A stretch of 60,903 bases of DNA, filler included, from Sphacelaria rigidula (Eukaryota): NCBI GenBank assembly GCA_964200075.2. It is 8 parts of 8 records of this genome, joined end to end, with 100 filler letters (N's around TTAATTAATTAA, not from the genome) between each part and the next. Parts side by side here need not be neighbours in the genome. Positions count along the whole stretch, not along the records: positions 7,627 to 15,152 come from CAXNAA020014504.1; positions 15,253 to 22,778 come from CAXNAA020014505.1; positions 22,879 to 30,403 come from CAXNAA020014506.1; 5 more parts are not named here. One strand, 5' to 3'. The position numbers were made by a program, and so were the translations under genes. The notes beneath the pieces are model-generated. The model was not told where the DNA came from. It was given only the letters and a program-made list of their open reading frames with translations, and searched no databases. Positions 11,859-25,150 of this stretch are shown here, one piece after another (positions within the stretch are counted from its first letter, which is position 1; every line of letters begins with the position of its first letter).

Positions 11859-13779
11859 TCCGCCCACATTCGCGATTTTTTCTGTCACTGAGAAATAACT
11901 GTGGCGATCGATACCCTCTTCCTTCTGGAGGGGGTGTTGTTGTACTGTACGCGTTTATATAGTAAACTTGAATACCGCTGCAATGTGTACATGTACTTCA
12001 GTTACACTGTAGCTTGAACGCATTTCATCTTTTTCAGGTCGTGTCGATGTGCACGTCAGAAGAAAAAACAAACCCCGGCGGGCACCTGGAGCGCCGTAAG
12101 CTCGCCGTGTTTTTGATCAAGTGCAGCGAGAGAAGGGGAGGGGAGAGGGAACGGCCTCTTGCACACCGCAGCGAAGGCTTGCCCCACGGACCACGTAGCT
12201 TCAAGGCAGGGGAGTAAGTGCGTGCCCCGCAGATTTATTTGCTCGGCAAAAATGCATGGTATTGATGTAGAAGCAAGTGCTGTAGCCCGAACATGGAATT
12301 TACAACAACTTTCGAACGTTAAAATTGTGGCGTGCTATAGGACTAGAATCGGATGTCCACGGCCAGCACCGTAGTGAGGTAAGTTGGAAACAAGGTTCAA
12401 TAGTGGCTCCAGGCGAATCACGATGGGTCGGGCGTGTACGTATTTAATGAACAACAAGTACGAAGAAGCAAGAGGAAAATGTGGACTCGTAGTGGTGGAT
12501 ATAATGTTAGCGGATCATCAAGGGTATTTATTGAATGTAGTGTGATTCTCCTGCAAGTGTTTCGTCATGCGTTCTTTCGCTCAACGGAAGAATAAACAAA
12601 GCACTGCACCCTGGCGAGCCTTCGGCCAAAGCCTACAAGAGTAGGGCGGTACGTGCACCACGCCAAATTCATAAGGGGTTTTTAGTGAGTTCAACTCCCA
12701 CACTACCTTGAGCAAAGCTTTCTGAACGCTCTAGGCGCCTACCCCCACACATTTGCCACGCGGTGGTCTAGCCGAGCCTCGGGGTAATCGGCATACGAAC
12801 CCCTTCGCGGGTAAGTGTTGGGCGAGGTTTCCTCCTTCAAGGCAATACATTTATTATATATACACATGTAAAGCGAGAGGAGCGCGGGGGCGCGCTCAAG
12901 CAGGCCGGCTGATTCCTGACTGAACGTGGAATCCACGCTGTGGTGCTCCTCATGTAGGGCGGAGGAGTTGCGTGAAATTTTGGCAACAATCTTGGGGATA
13001 TTTTACAGCCTGCACGTCTCCGTGCAAATTTTGTGTCAATGTCAAGTGTTATGCCGATGTTAGTATAGTACCCAGGAAGCAACCGTGCCACGTGGCAACC
13101 ATCAGGCCACGGAAAGCAGCAGCAGCGTGCGCACAGCAATAAGCGGAGACGCGAGAAGCACATGAAGATTGAAATACCAGAATACTGTACTACTGTATTT
13201 GTTTTTGAGTTTTGGGGACCTTATTTATTATTATTATTATCAAGTGCCCGAAAGTTGAAATTTCCCACCGCCCTGGGGGGTGAGGATGGGGGAAGATACT
13301 CGAATCTATGGAGCCCTTTGGATGACGGGTACTTTTATCATAGATTCACTACTCGATGTTCTCAGATGGTCGTCTCGAGATACAGGCATGATTTGCTCAT
13401 GCCTGATGTAACGAAGTACACCACGTGTGCCTCATTATGTAGTGCCTTGAAATGATCGCATCAATGCAATTAGCGGGCGAGTATTGCATTGGGGAGAGTT
13501 GGGTGGGTTGAGTTGTAGTTGGCTACGTCGTAGCCCTTGGATCAGATCAGAGAGGGGGGTGCTCCAGTGAAAAGGACTTGTTTTTGAGGAGCGTCGACGC
13601 TGTTGGGGAGTGCTGATCCAAATTCGCAATACTAACATGTAAGCCGTGACGGGGGAGGGTGAAAGGGGGGGAGGGGGGGGGATGCGGTGAGCCCTTGACA
13701 CTACATGGACTCATCCCAAGGGACTGAGGGATGCATTGAAAGTATGAAAAAAGCAGGGCCGGCGGTCCGGGCCGGTTTT

Positions 13780-14960
13780 GCGTGAAGGAGGCTTGTGCAG
13801 GGGTGGACGCACATCCGGGTCTGTTCGACACGCCATGTGCGCGTGGGGTATTGGAGAAAATCGTCCCGTCATGGCCCGCGAGAGCTGGGACACGAGCAGC
13901 AGCCATGTACAATCAATCGGAGATGCTGGATTGAATTACGATCTGGGAATTTTGGATCTTTGGACAACGGGCGTTTCATTATCGGCGTGCTACTAAAAAA
14001 TGGATGTAAATATTGTGTAGAGAGCAACGAGAATGTTTCGTCCCCTAGTTTGTCTGAACTCATGCCTGTTCGTATGATGCATGTAAGGTTTTAGGGTGAA
14101 ATGCGTCCTTGATACAAGAAGCCGTTGCGAGCTCCATTCAGCAAGTATTCTGCCATGTCCAGTCAGGAGTGGAGATATTCTTGTGTGTACGTAAAAGGCA
14201 AAAATGTTTCCCAGTGTGAAAAAGTGTGCGCGGCGAGGCAGGTGATGATGTGTCCCACCGAGCAGCGAGTTACATACCCCGATGGCCACGGGGAGAACAT
14301 GATTATGTTGGACTGGAAAGGTGTGCTGGATAGGCAACGAGGTGAACGGAGTATTTTCTTGTGTTTTAAGCGTTTCCTGGGGCTCTGTTTTGCCATTGCT
14401 GGCGACGCCGTATATGGTAATGCTGTATGCACCAACTACCAAGTATCGTGAAGTAACCATTCGGCAATTTGCCGGATGCAGGGAGGCTCGAAGAGTGGTG
14501 CCTCTGCGTACATGCTCCGGTGTACGTACGAGATACCTAGTCATGTGTTCTTGCTTCATGTCATACTGGGGCGATTGCTTCATGTCGACCGCGAGGGAAG
14601 GTCATCTGGTTAATGCGTTCATTGTTCAAGTGAAGTTGATGTCAATCCAACAGATGACTTATGCTGGCGGTCGAAGGGTTAAAATGTTGACGGAGCGCGC
14701 AGACTTGGTCCAGCTCTAGGATCCCGAACTGTAGTGAAAAAAATTGCGCGATATGTGAAATACTTTCTGAAGAGAAAAATAACGCTCCTGAGTCGGAACA
14801 CGATTTTTCCGAAACGACATAGATTGCACCGACAGCGGGGCTTTGTCATGGCAATCCTGTTCGGTGGATCCACCTGGGTCGGATGGAGAAAGGCATGAAT
14901 GAGCTCGGCTTTGACGACAAAAATGACTAAAGGAACATCCTGCATAAGCAACCTGAACCT
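13780..14960 (+). pseudogene. Degenerate Cys-rich coding relic, possibly related to CxC/KDZ-type DNA transposases
   Basis: Fragments CPTEQRVTYPDGHGENMIMLD, CAIC and AILFGGSTWVG are spread across frames with many stops; family assignment is by resemblance only. Confidence 0.25.
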
Positions 14961-15269
14961 GTTTTTGGTTTTAAAAAGACGTCCGGGTCAAACCTGGAAC
15001 TGTCGTTTGCTGAACGAAACATCTCACATGACGATGTTTGAATCGGTCCGGGAACATGGGGATGTGGAAAAGAAACATGTAACGTCTGCTGAGCAATGCT
15101 ACGGTAGGGGTGTACTTTTTTCGCGAAATTTTGTCTGGTTCAGGGGCTCCTANNNNNNNNNNNNNNNNNNNNNNNNNNNNNNNNNNNNNNNNNNNNTTAA
15201 TTAATTAANNNNNNNNNNNNNNNNNNNNNNNNNNNNNNNNNNNNNNNNNNNNGGGGGTAGGGGGGGAGT

Positions 15270-15305
<36 letters not shown>

Positions 15306-16442
15306 GTTTTGTGGGGGGGGGGGGGAGGCGGGGAAGCGGGGAAGTTTGCGTGGGTTTGGTGGGGTAGGGTAGGTGATGAGACTCCACATCTGACACTATG
15401 GGCGTTGTTGACTGCCTAAGCAGACCTACCCAATGAAGAAGTACTGGTTGACGTTTGTTTCCTCATCAGGCAAACACAGAACGAACGGGACGTACATGCG
15501 CGCGCGTGGGGGGGGGGGTCAGTCAAGGAACACGGGTATGACCACCCAAGTGGGTACATGTGCCTCCGTCTACTGCCGCTTGGCTACCCCACAAAATGTG
15601 CCAATGCGCTCGCTACACATGTCGACAAGTGGGGGAGGGGGGGATTGTGGTGTGGACGGTAACAGTGGTCAAGACGCGCGGCACATGGTTGGAGAGCTAC
15701 ACGAGAACGGTAATACCCGCCAAGCACGACACTGCCATTGTGCGCACATTATTGCTCCTCCAAAAGACGACGTAGCTGACCATCAGGCGCCAGCAGAGAA
15801 CCGGAAGGGTGCACAACACCAAAGCACGATCAAAACATGAGCGCGGTTTTCGATGGAACACGATACCAATCTAGGCATCGTTACGGTGGGTGCATCTATC
15901 CAAGCGCGCCAGGACAAACCGTCGACACGAAATTACGAAGACATCCCGGTAAGTGTCCCTCCCCCCCCTGACAGCCACAGTCATTCGCATGCGCTGCTGC
16001 AGCACTAGACACCGCCCACCCGACAGACGCCTTCTGGAGTTGCTGTTGCCGCTCGTGTGACGAATAGGGCACTTTACAAAACATAAACGAAACAGAGAGA
16101 AACCCTCAGCATCCCGCCAACATTGCGCTTAGTCTCAGATACATGTGCTGATTAAGTACAAGGGAAAGAAATACTTTCGGCTGCCATGAATGGTAAATCT
16201 GCATGGAAGCCTGAAGTGCTCGTTCTTTTCGCACGCATCGCGTCTGCTTCTTCCGTTTGTTACAACGACGGCATACACACACATTGATTGGTTGACTGAT
16301 TGTCGCACATGATTCACTCATCCCTTGTAAACCCGGACACGGCCATGGGACAGATGTACCCAAGGTAGATGCAAACGAAAACACTCCCTGAAAGGAAGGA
16401 AGTTCAGGGAAGGGGACGCAAATGAAAGACATGAATTTATAC

Positions 16443-16544
16443 CTTATTTTCGCGGTCGAGGTTAGTGGTGGGCTCATCCAAGGCTAGAATGCCGCAGCTC
16501 ACAGAGAACGTCTCCGCCAGGGCCAGTCGAATCACGATGCTCGC
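16443..16544 (-). CDS. RAD50: RAD50 exon (Walker B / D-loop)
   Basis: [37 protein letters not shown] acceptor and GT donor, phase 0. Confidence 0.95.
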
Positions 16545-16621
16545 CTGCCACGTGTCACACGGGGAGCAACCATCACACAACGAGAAGAGAAAACAAACAC
16601 AAAACTAGTCCGTACACGTTC

Positions 16622-16624
<3 letters not shown>

Positions 16625-16660
<36 letters not shown>
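16625..16660. repeat. (GT)n microsatellite in a RAD50 intron
   Basis: Direct observation. Confidence 0.9.
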
Positions 16661-16662
<2 letters not shown>

Positions 16663-17277
16663 TTGTATCACATTTTTATTCTTCGCTGACTTTTTTCTTG
16701 ATTCACCTCGCTCGTTTTCTTTCTACTCGAGTTTTCTTCACCAAGTCTTTTCCGATTAATGTGTACTGGGTGCGTCTGTCCAACGGCGCCATCCGGCTAC
16801 GTGCGGCATCGTATCAACCAATGTGGGTAAGGGATTCATCACCAATCAATCAGAATCATACGCTAGACTTAGGTGCACAAAGGCACACACCACTCTCTAG
16901 TGTGGCCTTGTCTCAGGATTGCTCAAGCGCACGCCTAGTGTTGACTTTTTTCTTCCCTGTTCTTTACGGCGTGGGATATTTACTACATGCGACAAACGTT
17001 CCATACGTAATCGTCTCCATATCACATACTACAATACTAAATCAGCAGTTTTCCTCCCTCACTCGACGCCCATCTCGCGCAGTATGTCGAGCTATAATAA
17101 TTGCTCAGTTTCCTTGTTTTGGCCCGTCCATCGACATCTTCCAAATTACTAGTCTCCGTGATACATCGTACTTACCACACGCGCTCATGTAAACGAGCGA
17201 ACATTCACAAAAACGTTTTTTTCTTGTCTTGTGCCTTCAAGCTAGTGTTTTTGTTTTGCCAAATGACAAGCCCTCAC

Positions 17278-17362
17278 CAAGACCCTCTGCCCTGCACTGC
17301 ATCGTCCTTTCATATCCAAGGTAGCATCATTTTTCCTCATCACCACACGGTAGTTGTACGAC
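17278..17362 (-). CDS. RAD50: RAD50 exon (ABC signature motif)
   Basis: (R)[28 protein letters not shown]; phase-2 acceptor matches the upstream exon; donor GTGAGG. Confidence 0.95.
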
Positions 17363-18457
17363 CTGCGTCACACACCGTTTGCCGGGGGCCCAGTAACGTG
17401 CTTAGTTGTCGTGGTCGAGAGGGGGCATCCGGCGTCGGGCGTCGGGCGTGGAGGCGTGTCTACCCTTTTCCCGGGACGGATCCATCATGCTCAGGCGTCA
17501 TTGCGACTGCCTTGCCCCCATGTGGGTTACACCAGTTTGGTTGGATGATTTAGACGATAACGGTGTCATTCGACGTCACTAAATATGCGAACATCTCCTG
17601 CACCAGCCTGTAGACCACGACCATGGTGAACTACTCCAGGGAACAAGGGGTTTTAGATGGAGGGAGTGCGCGCTTAGTGGGGAGGGTACATGGTGTGAGA
17701 GTCGATAAAAAAAAAATATCAACAGATGACATTTTTGAACGCGGTACAAGAATCATTGCGATGTGTGTGATCATTCGTCGTGGGAAAAAAAAAAAGGACA
17801 GGTGATGACGACTGAAAAACAAGGAACGGTATTTTTCGACAGGGCGACGAGACTAGTCGAGAACAACAGTAGCTCAAAACAAGAACTGGCATGGTTTTGC
17901 AATACCCGTATCGACAATGAAGGAACGAAAGGAGCTCACAAACAAGAGGAATGGCTATACCAATGCTTTGGTTCTCAAGGTTCCCCATGTTTTCACTCAC
18001 AATAACCACCACAATACTGGCTGTTGCACCCTAAAACGCGAAATAAAATCAGAAAAAGCTAACATAACGCACCAAACATCAGGATCATACTTCCCTGATT
18101 CTGAATAACAGAGTACACCGCCACGTACGGACTATACTTGATAACAGCTTGGTGTCGATCCGTTTTTTTCCAAGTTTTTTTTTTCCACGTGAAAGTCGGT
18201 CGGGCGGGGAGGGGGGGGGGGGGCGTACTCATTTGTTGCTTGCCTTAGCCCTTTGACCATTGACCACGCATCCCTTTCGAGACGATGCACCGTTCCTACT
18301 CCTAATAGAGAAGAGGGGAGGGGGGAACAAGTTTTCCGACCCTTGCCCACAATCACCCATCACCACATAATGTACGTGTGATACACGCTCAAGATTCGAG
18401 AATAAAAGAAAAATAAAGATACTGTAAAAGGATACAGAGATTAGTAACGCGAAGTAC

Positions 18458-18603
18458 CTCTTGGCCTTATTGGCCTCCTCGCCCTCGTCTCCCGACACGA
18501 TCTCGATCATGTCGATATCCTCCCCCGAGTACGTCATGGCCCACAGCTCTCGGATAATCTTGTTGATGTCGGCGATTTTCATGGTGTGGAACCGAAGGAG
18601 TGC
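18458..18603 (-). CDS. RAD50: RAD50 exon
   Basis: ALLRFHTMKIADINKIIRELWAMTYSGEDIDMIEIVSGDEGEEANKAK(R), a hallmark eukaryotic RAD50 segment; canonical splice sites. Confidence 0.95.
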
Positions 18604-19624
18604 CTGCAACCAACCGACCGACCGAACGAGCACGGACGTATGGGAGAGGTGGGGGAGGCTACTCATGATCTGGGATGCCGTAGTCACATGACCACCGACC
18701 TCGCATCCCTACAAAGTCATGACGTAGCACGCCGGCTTTTCGCCGGACCAGGCTTGCAATCTTCACCATTAGCGGAACGTCGTGATGTGCTCGGCGAGTC
18801 GCATGAAAGGTGAGCAGCACCCTGCCACGATTATTCGACCCGAAGCGTGCCGATCGTCTTGCGTTTGGATGACAGACCCTGGGGGGGGGGGAGGGGTACG
18901 TAGAAGATGGTATATCATATGACGTCCATTTAGAACAACCTGCCCGCCTCCCTCCCCCCCGAGTAAGACGCTTGGGTGATACATTTTTGGCTTCCGGTAA
19001 GTCATGACACGGAGGTCCCACACACAGCATTCTAAGGGGGGGAGTGGGATTTTGTGGGGGCTGGGTATATACACTGTAGATTTTACTGGACTCCTCATTT
19101 GTGTGTGTCTTGAACGTACCGGCGCTGCACCACCGGTCCATCAGGACAGAGCATTTTGAACGCGTTCACTGCTCCGCTGCTCCCACGGCCGGGAATTATT
19201 TTCATGAAACTGGAGAGCTAGACCAACGGCTGAAGGGGAGGAGGGGACGGGACGAAACGGTGACTTGAGCCCTAGTTCGTTTCACCTTGTTATAGCTGGT
19301 CTCACGATTGATGCTTGAGAAAAAAAAAAAGGCTGTCCCCGGCGATTTTTCGCTCGAGGTTTGAGAAATAGGACCTGCCATTATGCGGAGAGACGCAAAC
19401 CGGCCATTTGAACGCCCTACCGTGGGTACTTTATCCCTCATATTTTTCTATTTTGGTTACGAGTGAGGTCTCTTTGAATTTCCTGGGGAAAAAGGCCGAC
19501 TTTATATTGGGAATATATATATATATATATATTCAAGTTCCATAGGCATGGCCTTCGAATGGTAATTTGCACTCCATTCTCGAAATTTCAGGTCCTGTCA
19601 AACTTCGATTGAAAAGTCGAAGAT

Positions 19625-19734
19625 ATTGATTGATTGATCAATTGATTGATTGATTGTCGCACTTTAACTGACCCCCCAGGGGTCCAGCCGTGGTCTCATG
19701 ATAGACGTACCCGAGAAAAACAAAACTGAAACAC
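19625..19734. repeat. Short interspersed repeat family A, (ATTG)n-TCGCACTTTAACTGACCCCCCAG...AAACTGAAACAC; other copies at ~22417-22505, ~45203-45310, ~44805-44838 (partial) and ~38822-38891 (reverse, diverged)
   Basis: Closely similar ~100-bp sequence in two unlinked contigs, with a microsatellite at one end. Confidence 0.85.
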
Positions 19735-22109
19735 TCGCTTAAGAAAATAAGGAACAGAAAAAGGTCGAACAGAGCGGCATAGTTGACTAAGACGTGAAAT
19801 ATATATATATATATGCATGTATATATGTATATGTAGATATTAATAACAAATGGAGGCATTTTTGTAGATATTTTCCTCAACGTTTACTTCGGCCGTAATG
19901 ATCAAACCACACACTGGATAGTGACAATTGACTGCAATGTCAAAAAATGTACTGCGTGCAGTACGGAATCTATGGTCTATTGCAATAACCGCAATAGTCG
20001 ATACTGTACGCAGTACAGTGTTTGACAGCGTAATCCTTGTCAAGGGTGTGGTTCAAAGGTCGACGAGTTCAACGCCAAACAGGCACCGCTGTCCCCCCCT
20101 TGATGCCAGCTACACGTTCAACATTTCTGAGAGCAATCGCGCAGAAATTCGGGTACCGCCACCAACGGGTACCGCCACCAGGCCGTAGTTGGTATCCCAC
20201 GATAGCATGAAACGATCAAATCAGAGCGCGAGGCGCACTCCGCGTTGACTATGAGGTTGCAGGGAACTTAGCTGTATCACTGTTTTGCTGATGCTAGTCC
20301 TACGTGCCCCGGTGACACTTTCTTGTCCCAACTAGAGGTACAAACCTGTATAGTGGGAGTACGTCAGCTTTGATGTTCACCCCCCTCCCCCCCGTCCTCA
20401 TTCCCGTTTTTGTAAACGTCTTCGTTCACCACACAAGGTCTACACGACCAACCACTCAGGTCTTGTATCTTGGGTGCGTCCGCACTTTTATCACCTAAGG
20501 GGCATGTTGTTCTTGCCCACTTGCCACGAAAATACTCCAGAAACAGTGAATTAGTTCGAGGAACCACTAAGCTACCACGTGGGCACATGTTTTGACCACT
20601 TAGAGATAAATCTTGAAACTGAGAATTGGCGGCAGAGCCGCCCCGCGACTCCACCGCGGAGTCGCGCTGACGCCCCTCCTACGGGGAAAGGGTCAAGTAC
20701 AGAATTTGTAGAACAAACCACGGTTCAAAGCACAGTCTTCTCTACCGTCCCCTCGCCCTGCCCCCCGGATGGTGGGGAGGGCCCCCGCTGGGGGCAACAG
20801 AATTGCCTCATTTCGCTGCATCTCTCGTCAAAAATCCATTTGAATTCTGGTAAAAAAGTAACGACGTTTCGAGCACGCAGTTGGGTGCAAAGACGTGGGA
20901 CAGGTGCCTGCCTGCACATACAGTATGGGGAAACTCGAAAAAGCAATTGGGTCTCCGTACTCGAGTTTGAATAAATATCGAACAAACGGGGGAATATATT
21001 CATTCACCGCAACGCTCCGCGCGTGTCCGACCCGAGCAAACGTCTGGAAACACGCGGCAGGAAAATTAACCAACACGAGAGCGTGACACGATGTTTCGTA
21101 ATATTTTCCACTGACTCGACCGGGGTTATGAATGAACAAACGCAGATAATAATCCGCAACTTGAAGCATGACTCTCTCTGTCCTGAGGAGGATTTGCTAT
21201 GTCAGTGTGGGGTTTGCGTCAGATCCGAAAACAAACAAGGCGCTGCGAAACTTGGTGGCCCATTCACAAGTCACATGGCGTTACCTGTTTGTGTCCAATG
21301 ACGAATATATCCCGAGCGTTTGAGCTACGTGGGCTATCATGATGCATCACCAGTACGGCGCGATAGCGTGCCAATCACTCACCATACTCCAGAGTTCATC
21401 TCGCAAATTTCACCCGCACTACTTCGGCACAACACGTACTACAACCGAACGAAGCAATCACAAACCATCTGCATCTATCGTGGCTATCACTAATGCGTGT
21501 CGTTGCGTTGTCACATGCACGTACAGCACATGCAAGCGTGTGTTTTAGAGCATGACACTACCGCAGCAATTCTGATAGGAGGATATCAAATGTACACGAA
21601 GAATGATCTGGTGTATGACACATGTTGAGGAAAAGTACCCGGTACCATGAACTGGGAGAGCCACCGAACACTTATGCTAGTTGACGGAAACTGACCGGCT
21701 ACAAGGGTAACTAGCCACAGCACAACTCTCCAAGACTGTCGCACCAGCACTATAACAGAGATTCTCATTCCAGGTGATCGTGAACAAAAACACATGTTTG
21801 ATTGGAGACATTGCAATTCGGATGAAGAGATTTTGACAGTCCCAAGCTCTCGCCAGCGAGCACCGCACTCATTCCTTCTCCAAAATCGGCCCTCAGGGAG
21901 ACTTCAATTTGAGCTCTTCCGACGCATACCCTACCTACGACACTCAACCCTGGATGCCTTCCCCTGAGGGTTCTCGGGGTGGGTTGGGTCGGAAACTTGG
22001 GCCACGGCTACGCTGCAAGTGCTACACTTCTGTCGTGTATCAATGTATCATGAATGATGTCTGGCGATGAACTTGAGTGAATCTCCCTTCGCCGAGTACT
22101 GTACGGTAC

Positions 22110-22247
22110 CTTGTCCAGCGCCGTCCAGTACTTGTCCAAATCCGAGACAGCCATCTCTGTGGTGCGGTGTTCGATCATCTTGCGCCGATGCTTCTCCTCG
22201 ATGTGGTTGTACGCGTCTGTCTGCAGTTTTGTCTCGAAACCTCGAAC
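22110..22247 (-). CDS. RAD50: RAD50 exon (end of the coiled coil)
   Basis: VRGFETKLQTDAYNHIEEKHRRKMIEHRTTEMAVSDLDKYWTALDK; 138 nt, phase 0/0, joins ALLRFH. Confidence 0.93.
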
Positions 22248-23306
22248 CTGTTCGTTTCGTTTCGTTTCGTTTCAAAACAAATAAGGGTGGCGTCATGCAC
22301 GAGGAAACAGCAGCAGCAGCAGCAGCAGCAAGAACGACGACCCCATTTACATGGCATGCAAGCCCTCCGCAAGTACAAAAAGCGCCCAGGTCGCTAGTTG
22401 GATATTAGTTAATTCGATTGATCGATTGTCGCACGTTAACTGATCCCCCAGAGGTCCAGCCGTGGTCTCATGATAGACGTACCCAAGAAAACGAAACTGA
22501 AACACGCTCTGAAGAAAAGAAGGACCAGAAAAAAAAAGTCGAACAGGACGACACAGCAGACCAAGTCGTGATTGAAAAAAAAAGTCAATACAAGCGAAGC
22601 ACAGAAAGAAATGGCCGACCGAAAACAAAAAAAGAAGGAAAAGAAGAGGAAAGTATAGAGCAAATAAAATAAAATACAACAAAACGATGAAAAAAAAAGA
22701 AAAAGGAAAAGGTGTATGACGAGAGAGAGCCATTCTACGATAGGGGGGGGGGGTAGGTGGTTAAACGCGGAGGGAGGGNNNNNNNNNNNNNNNNNNNNNN
22801 NNNNNNNNNNNNNNNNNNNNNNTTAATTAATTAANNNNNNNNNNNNNNNNNNNNNNNNNNNNNNNNNNNNNNNNNNNNGAAAAGACCTTTCCCACGCCGT
22901 ACCGACAAGACCGGTCATGGCCTTCGTCGGAGGACGGGGAATGGAGTATTCTGTTGCAAAATGAAACTATAGGTGGCAATTGACATCAAATCTTGGGAAC
23001 CACGACAGGAACATTTGTATGTAATCGCCTGTGCAGAATCTCGCGATATAGTTCAAAACAATCTGCATGCGCTAAATGCCGATCAAAACAACTAAGAATT
23101 GGCCCAATGCATACCAGGGTCTCGGCTGCTGATAAATCACATCATTTGACTCGAGGGGAAATTTGAACCACATTACAGTTGCAAACGACTGTGGCCATTA
23201 CTGTTGATTAAGTTGGTGTTGGGGCATCACTAAGCGCTGATTACACGGCTCACATACCCATGCCCCTACAACATCACTACCAGTGAAGGTTTCATTCACA
23301 AACCTC

Positions 23307-23516
23307 TCATGTGCAACCCACAAACGTTTTCACGTTACTATTTTTGACCCAAGCCCACTTCACGCCACGCCCATCCCTATCAACGAGCTTCATTTCCCTT
23401 CTGAAGCTGTGAAACGCTGGATCCACCTTCTTGGCCTCGTATCTCGCCCGCTCAAACCCTCGGATGGTATCCGTCAGCTGCTCATACTCAAACCCATCCA
23501 CCGGTAGAGGATTCAC
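23307..23516 (-). CDS. Terminal exon of a ROCO (ROC-COR) GTPase gene
   Basis: CTCACAG acceptor, phase 0; VNPLPVDGFEYEQL...EMKLVDRDGRGVKWAWVKNSN..stop. Confidence 0.8.
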   Translation of the reverse strand: MNPLPVDGFEYEQLTDTIRGFERARYEAKKVDPAFHSFRREMKLVDRDGRGVKWAWVKNSNVKTFVGCT

Positions 23517-23918
23517 CTGTGAGGAGAAACGTCCCGGACCAGATGCACGGCAGTCAGAAACTAGATTAGGCGAAAAGCGTGCTACTACATAGCAGAGCTT
23601 TGACCAGTCGTCACCCCGCGAAAAATGGTGTCAACTCACAAAGCAGCGGCAGGAGTACAGCACTCACTTCAAACGAGTTGCTGCCATAGGGCGTCACACG
23701 TCTGTCCACCTGTGGACAGTATTGTAGCTCAAACATCAACGAACAGGTTTAACCACCTCACGAAAGAGCACGGGTATGAGCACACCGTAAAGACTGGCCA
23801 ACTTTGATGTAGTTAATATTTTTACTGGCAGAAGATGCTCTCTGCCCGGGAAGTCGTATTGCGGTTGGGATACGGTGTCAACGATGTGGCACACACGTCG
23901 AAATCAATGTCTCCTCAC

Positions 23919-24737
23919 CTTTCGAGCGGGCTCCAATTGGCTCGGCTGCTCGGTATCATCGCCGCCACTCAGACTCTCTACTGCGCTGCTCTTCACTTCC
24001 TCCGCGACGGTGTACATCCCCTCTTTCACGATTTCTGACACCACGCCTCCTAATGTATCTCCGAAGGCAGTATCAATTTCAGCAGGAACCGCCAAACCAG
24101 TGCACAACTTGAGCGCAATGCTCCCGAGGACCAATCCCACCTTGGCTACTGGCTTTGCTTTCTCGACCCAATCCAAGAGCTCCTTAACCTTGTATCCCTG
24201 CCCTCCAGGGCCGCAGTCCACCAGGCTTCCGTCATAAGCGCAAAGTAGAAACAGCCGTAAATCCCTGCGAAACATGCCCTTGCTGACCACCCTGCCACTC
24301 TGAAACCACCCCCGCAATCGAGCATTCCAGCTCTGATAGCTTCTGTCCTTCTCAGAAAGAACCCCTTCATGCGCCGGCAGGAGACAGGCTAAGCGGGGCA
24401 CCGGCCACCGCAAACAGGCGATGTCAAACGCTACGTTTCGCAGCATGATCGTCGCCGAGTCACCGAAGCCATCAGTTTTCAACTCGTCGATCTTGGCGCC
24501 AACATTGTTCGACAAGGCTTCCAATTTTGTTCCAAGTCTTTCCACCTTGAGACGCAGATCGTCCAACGTTGTCTCCAGTCGCTGGTTGTCGTCATTTTCC
24601 ACGTCCAGACGCAACTCATGCAGTCTTCGCACAAGATGGGCATTGATCGGATTGAGTAGCGCCGATTCCGACTCCCTTAGGTTAGGCTGCGGGGGCTGCC
24701 AAGCAGCCATCATCTTGTCCACCACCTTCTCCAGGTT
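23919..24737 (-). CDS. ROCO exon: coiled coil plus C-terminal domain
   Basis: 819 nt, phase 0/0, CACAG acceptor and GTGAGG donor; WPVPRLACLLP..LRLFLLCAYDGSLVDCGPGGQGYKV..WVEKAKPV. Confidence 0.85.
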
Positions 24738-25062
24738 CTGTGGCAATGCGAATTATTATGTGAAGCATCCAGGCGACAGAAACGGCTGGTCTGTCCAGTG
24801 ATTCGGGTCTTCATTTAGATAGTGCGTTCAGAGACGAACCCTCGGGTAGGCCAAGCCCGATTCAACTCACACCGCCGCGATGCACCCAGATGCTGCACTT
24901 GATGGTTGCTTCCAAGGAACAGAAACGGTAATATATGAACATGTAAGTACATGCAGAACGGCTAATGAGTCACGTGCTTTCCGGGTACTTAACTCGAGCG
25001 CAAGCCGTTCACGATCGGAAGAAGACAGACTTGGGTACTTTCCTTCCTACCGTGTGGAGTGA

Positions 25063-25150
25063 TCGTCCCATTTATTCTGGGCACCAGTCTACACCTTTCG
25101 GTATATGTGGGCGCATCAGCCGGGGTCACACAGGAGGATGGTCAACACAG
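25063..25150. repeat. Short interspersed repeat family B (TATTCTGG.CACCAGTC.ACACC.TTCGGTATATGT.GGCGCATCAGCCGGG.TCACA); longer copy at ~32931-33180
   Basis: Shared ~90-bp sequence in two unlinked contigs. Confidence 0.8.

Noticed and set aside
12600..12640. Minus-strand ALAEG-like stretch as the next RAD50 exon
   Set aside because: It is on a different contig, needs a frameshift and is not followed by an ITHD motif
15253..15330. Poly-G/poly-C runs and the polyPro/polyGly ORFs they generate (also 40060-40210, 53195-53220)
   Set aside because: Homopolymer tracts at contig ends or gaps, likely low quality; not credible coding sequence
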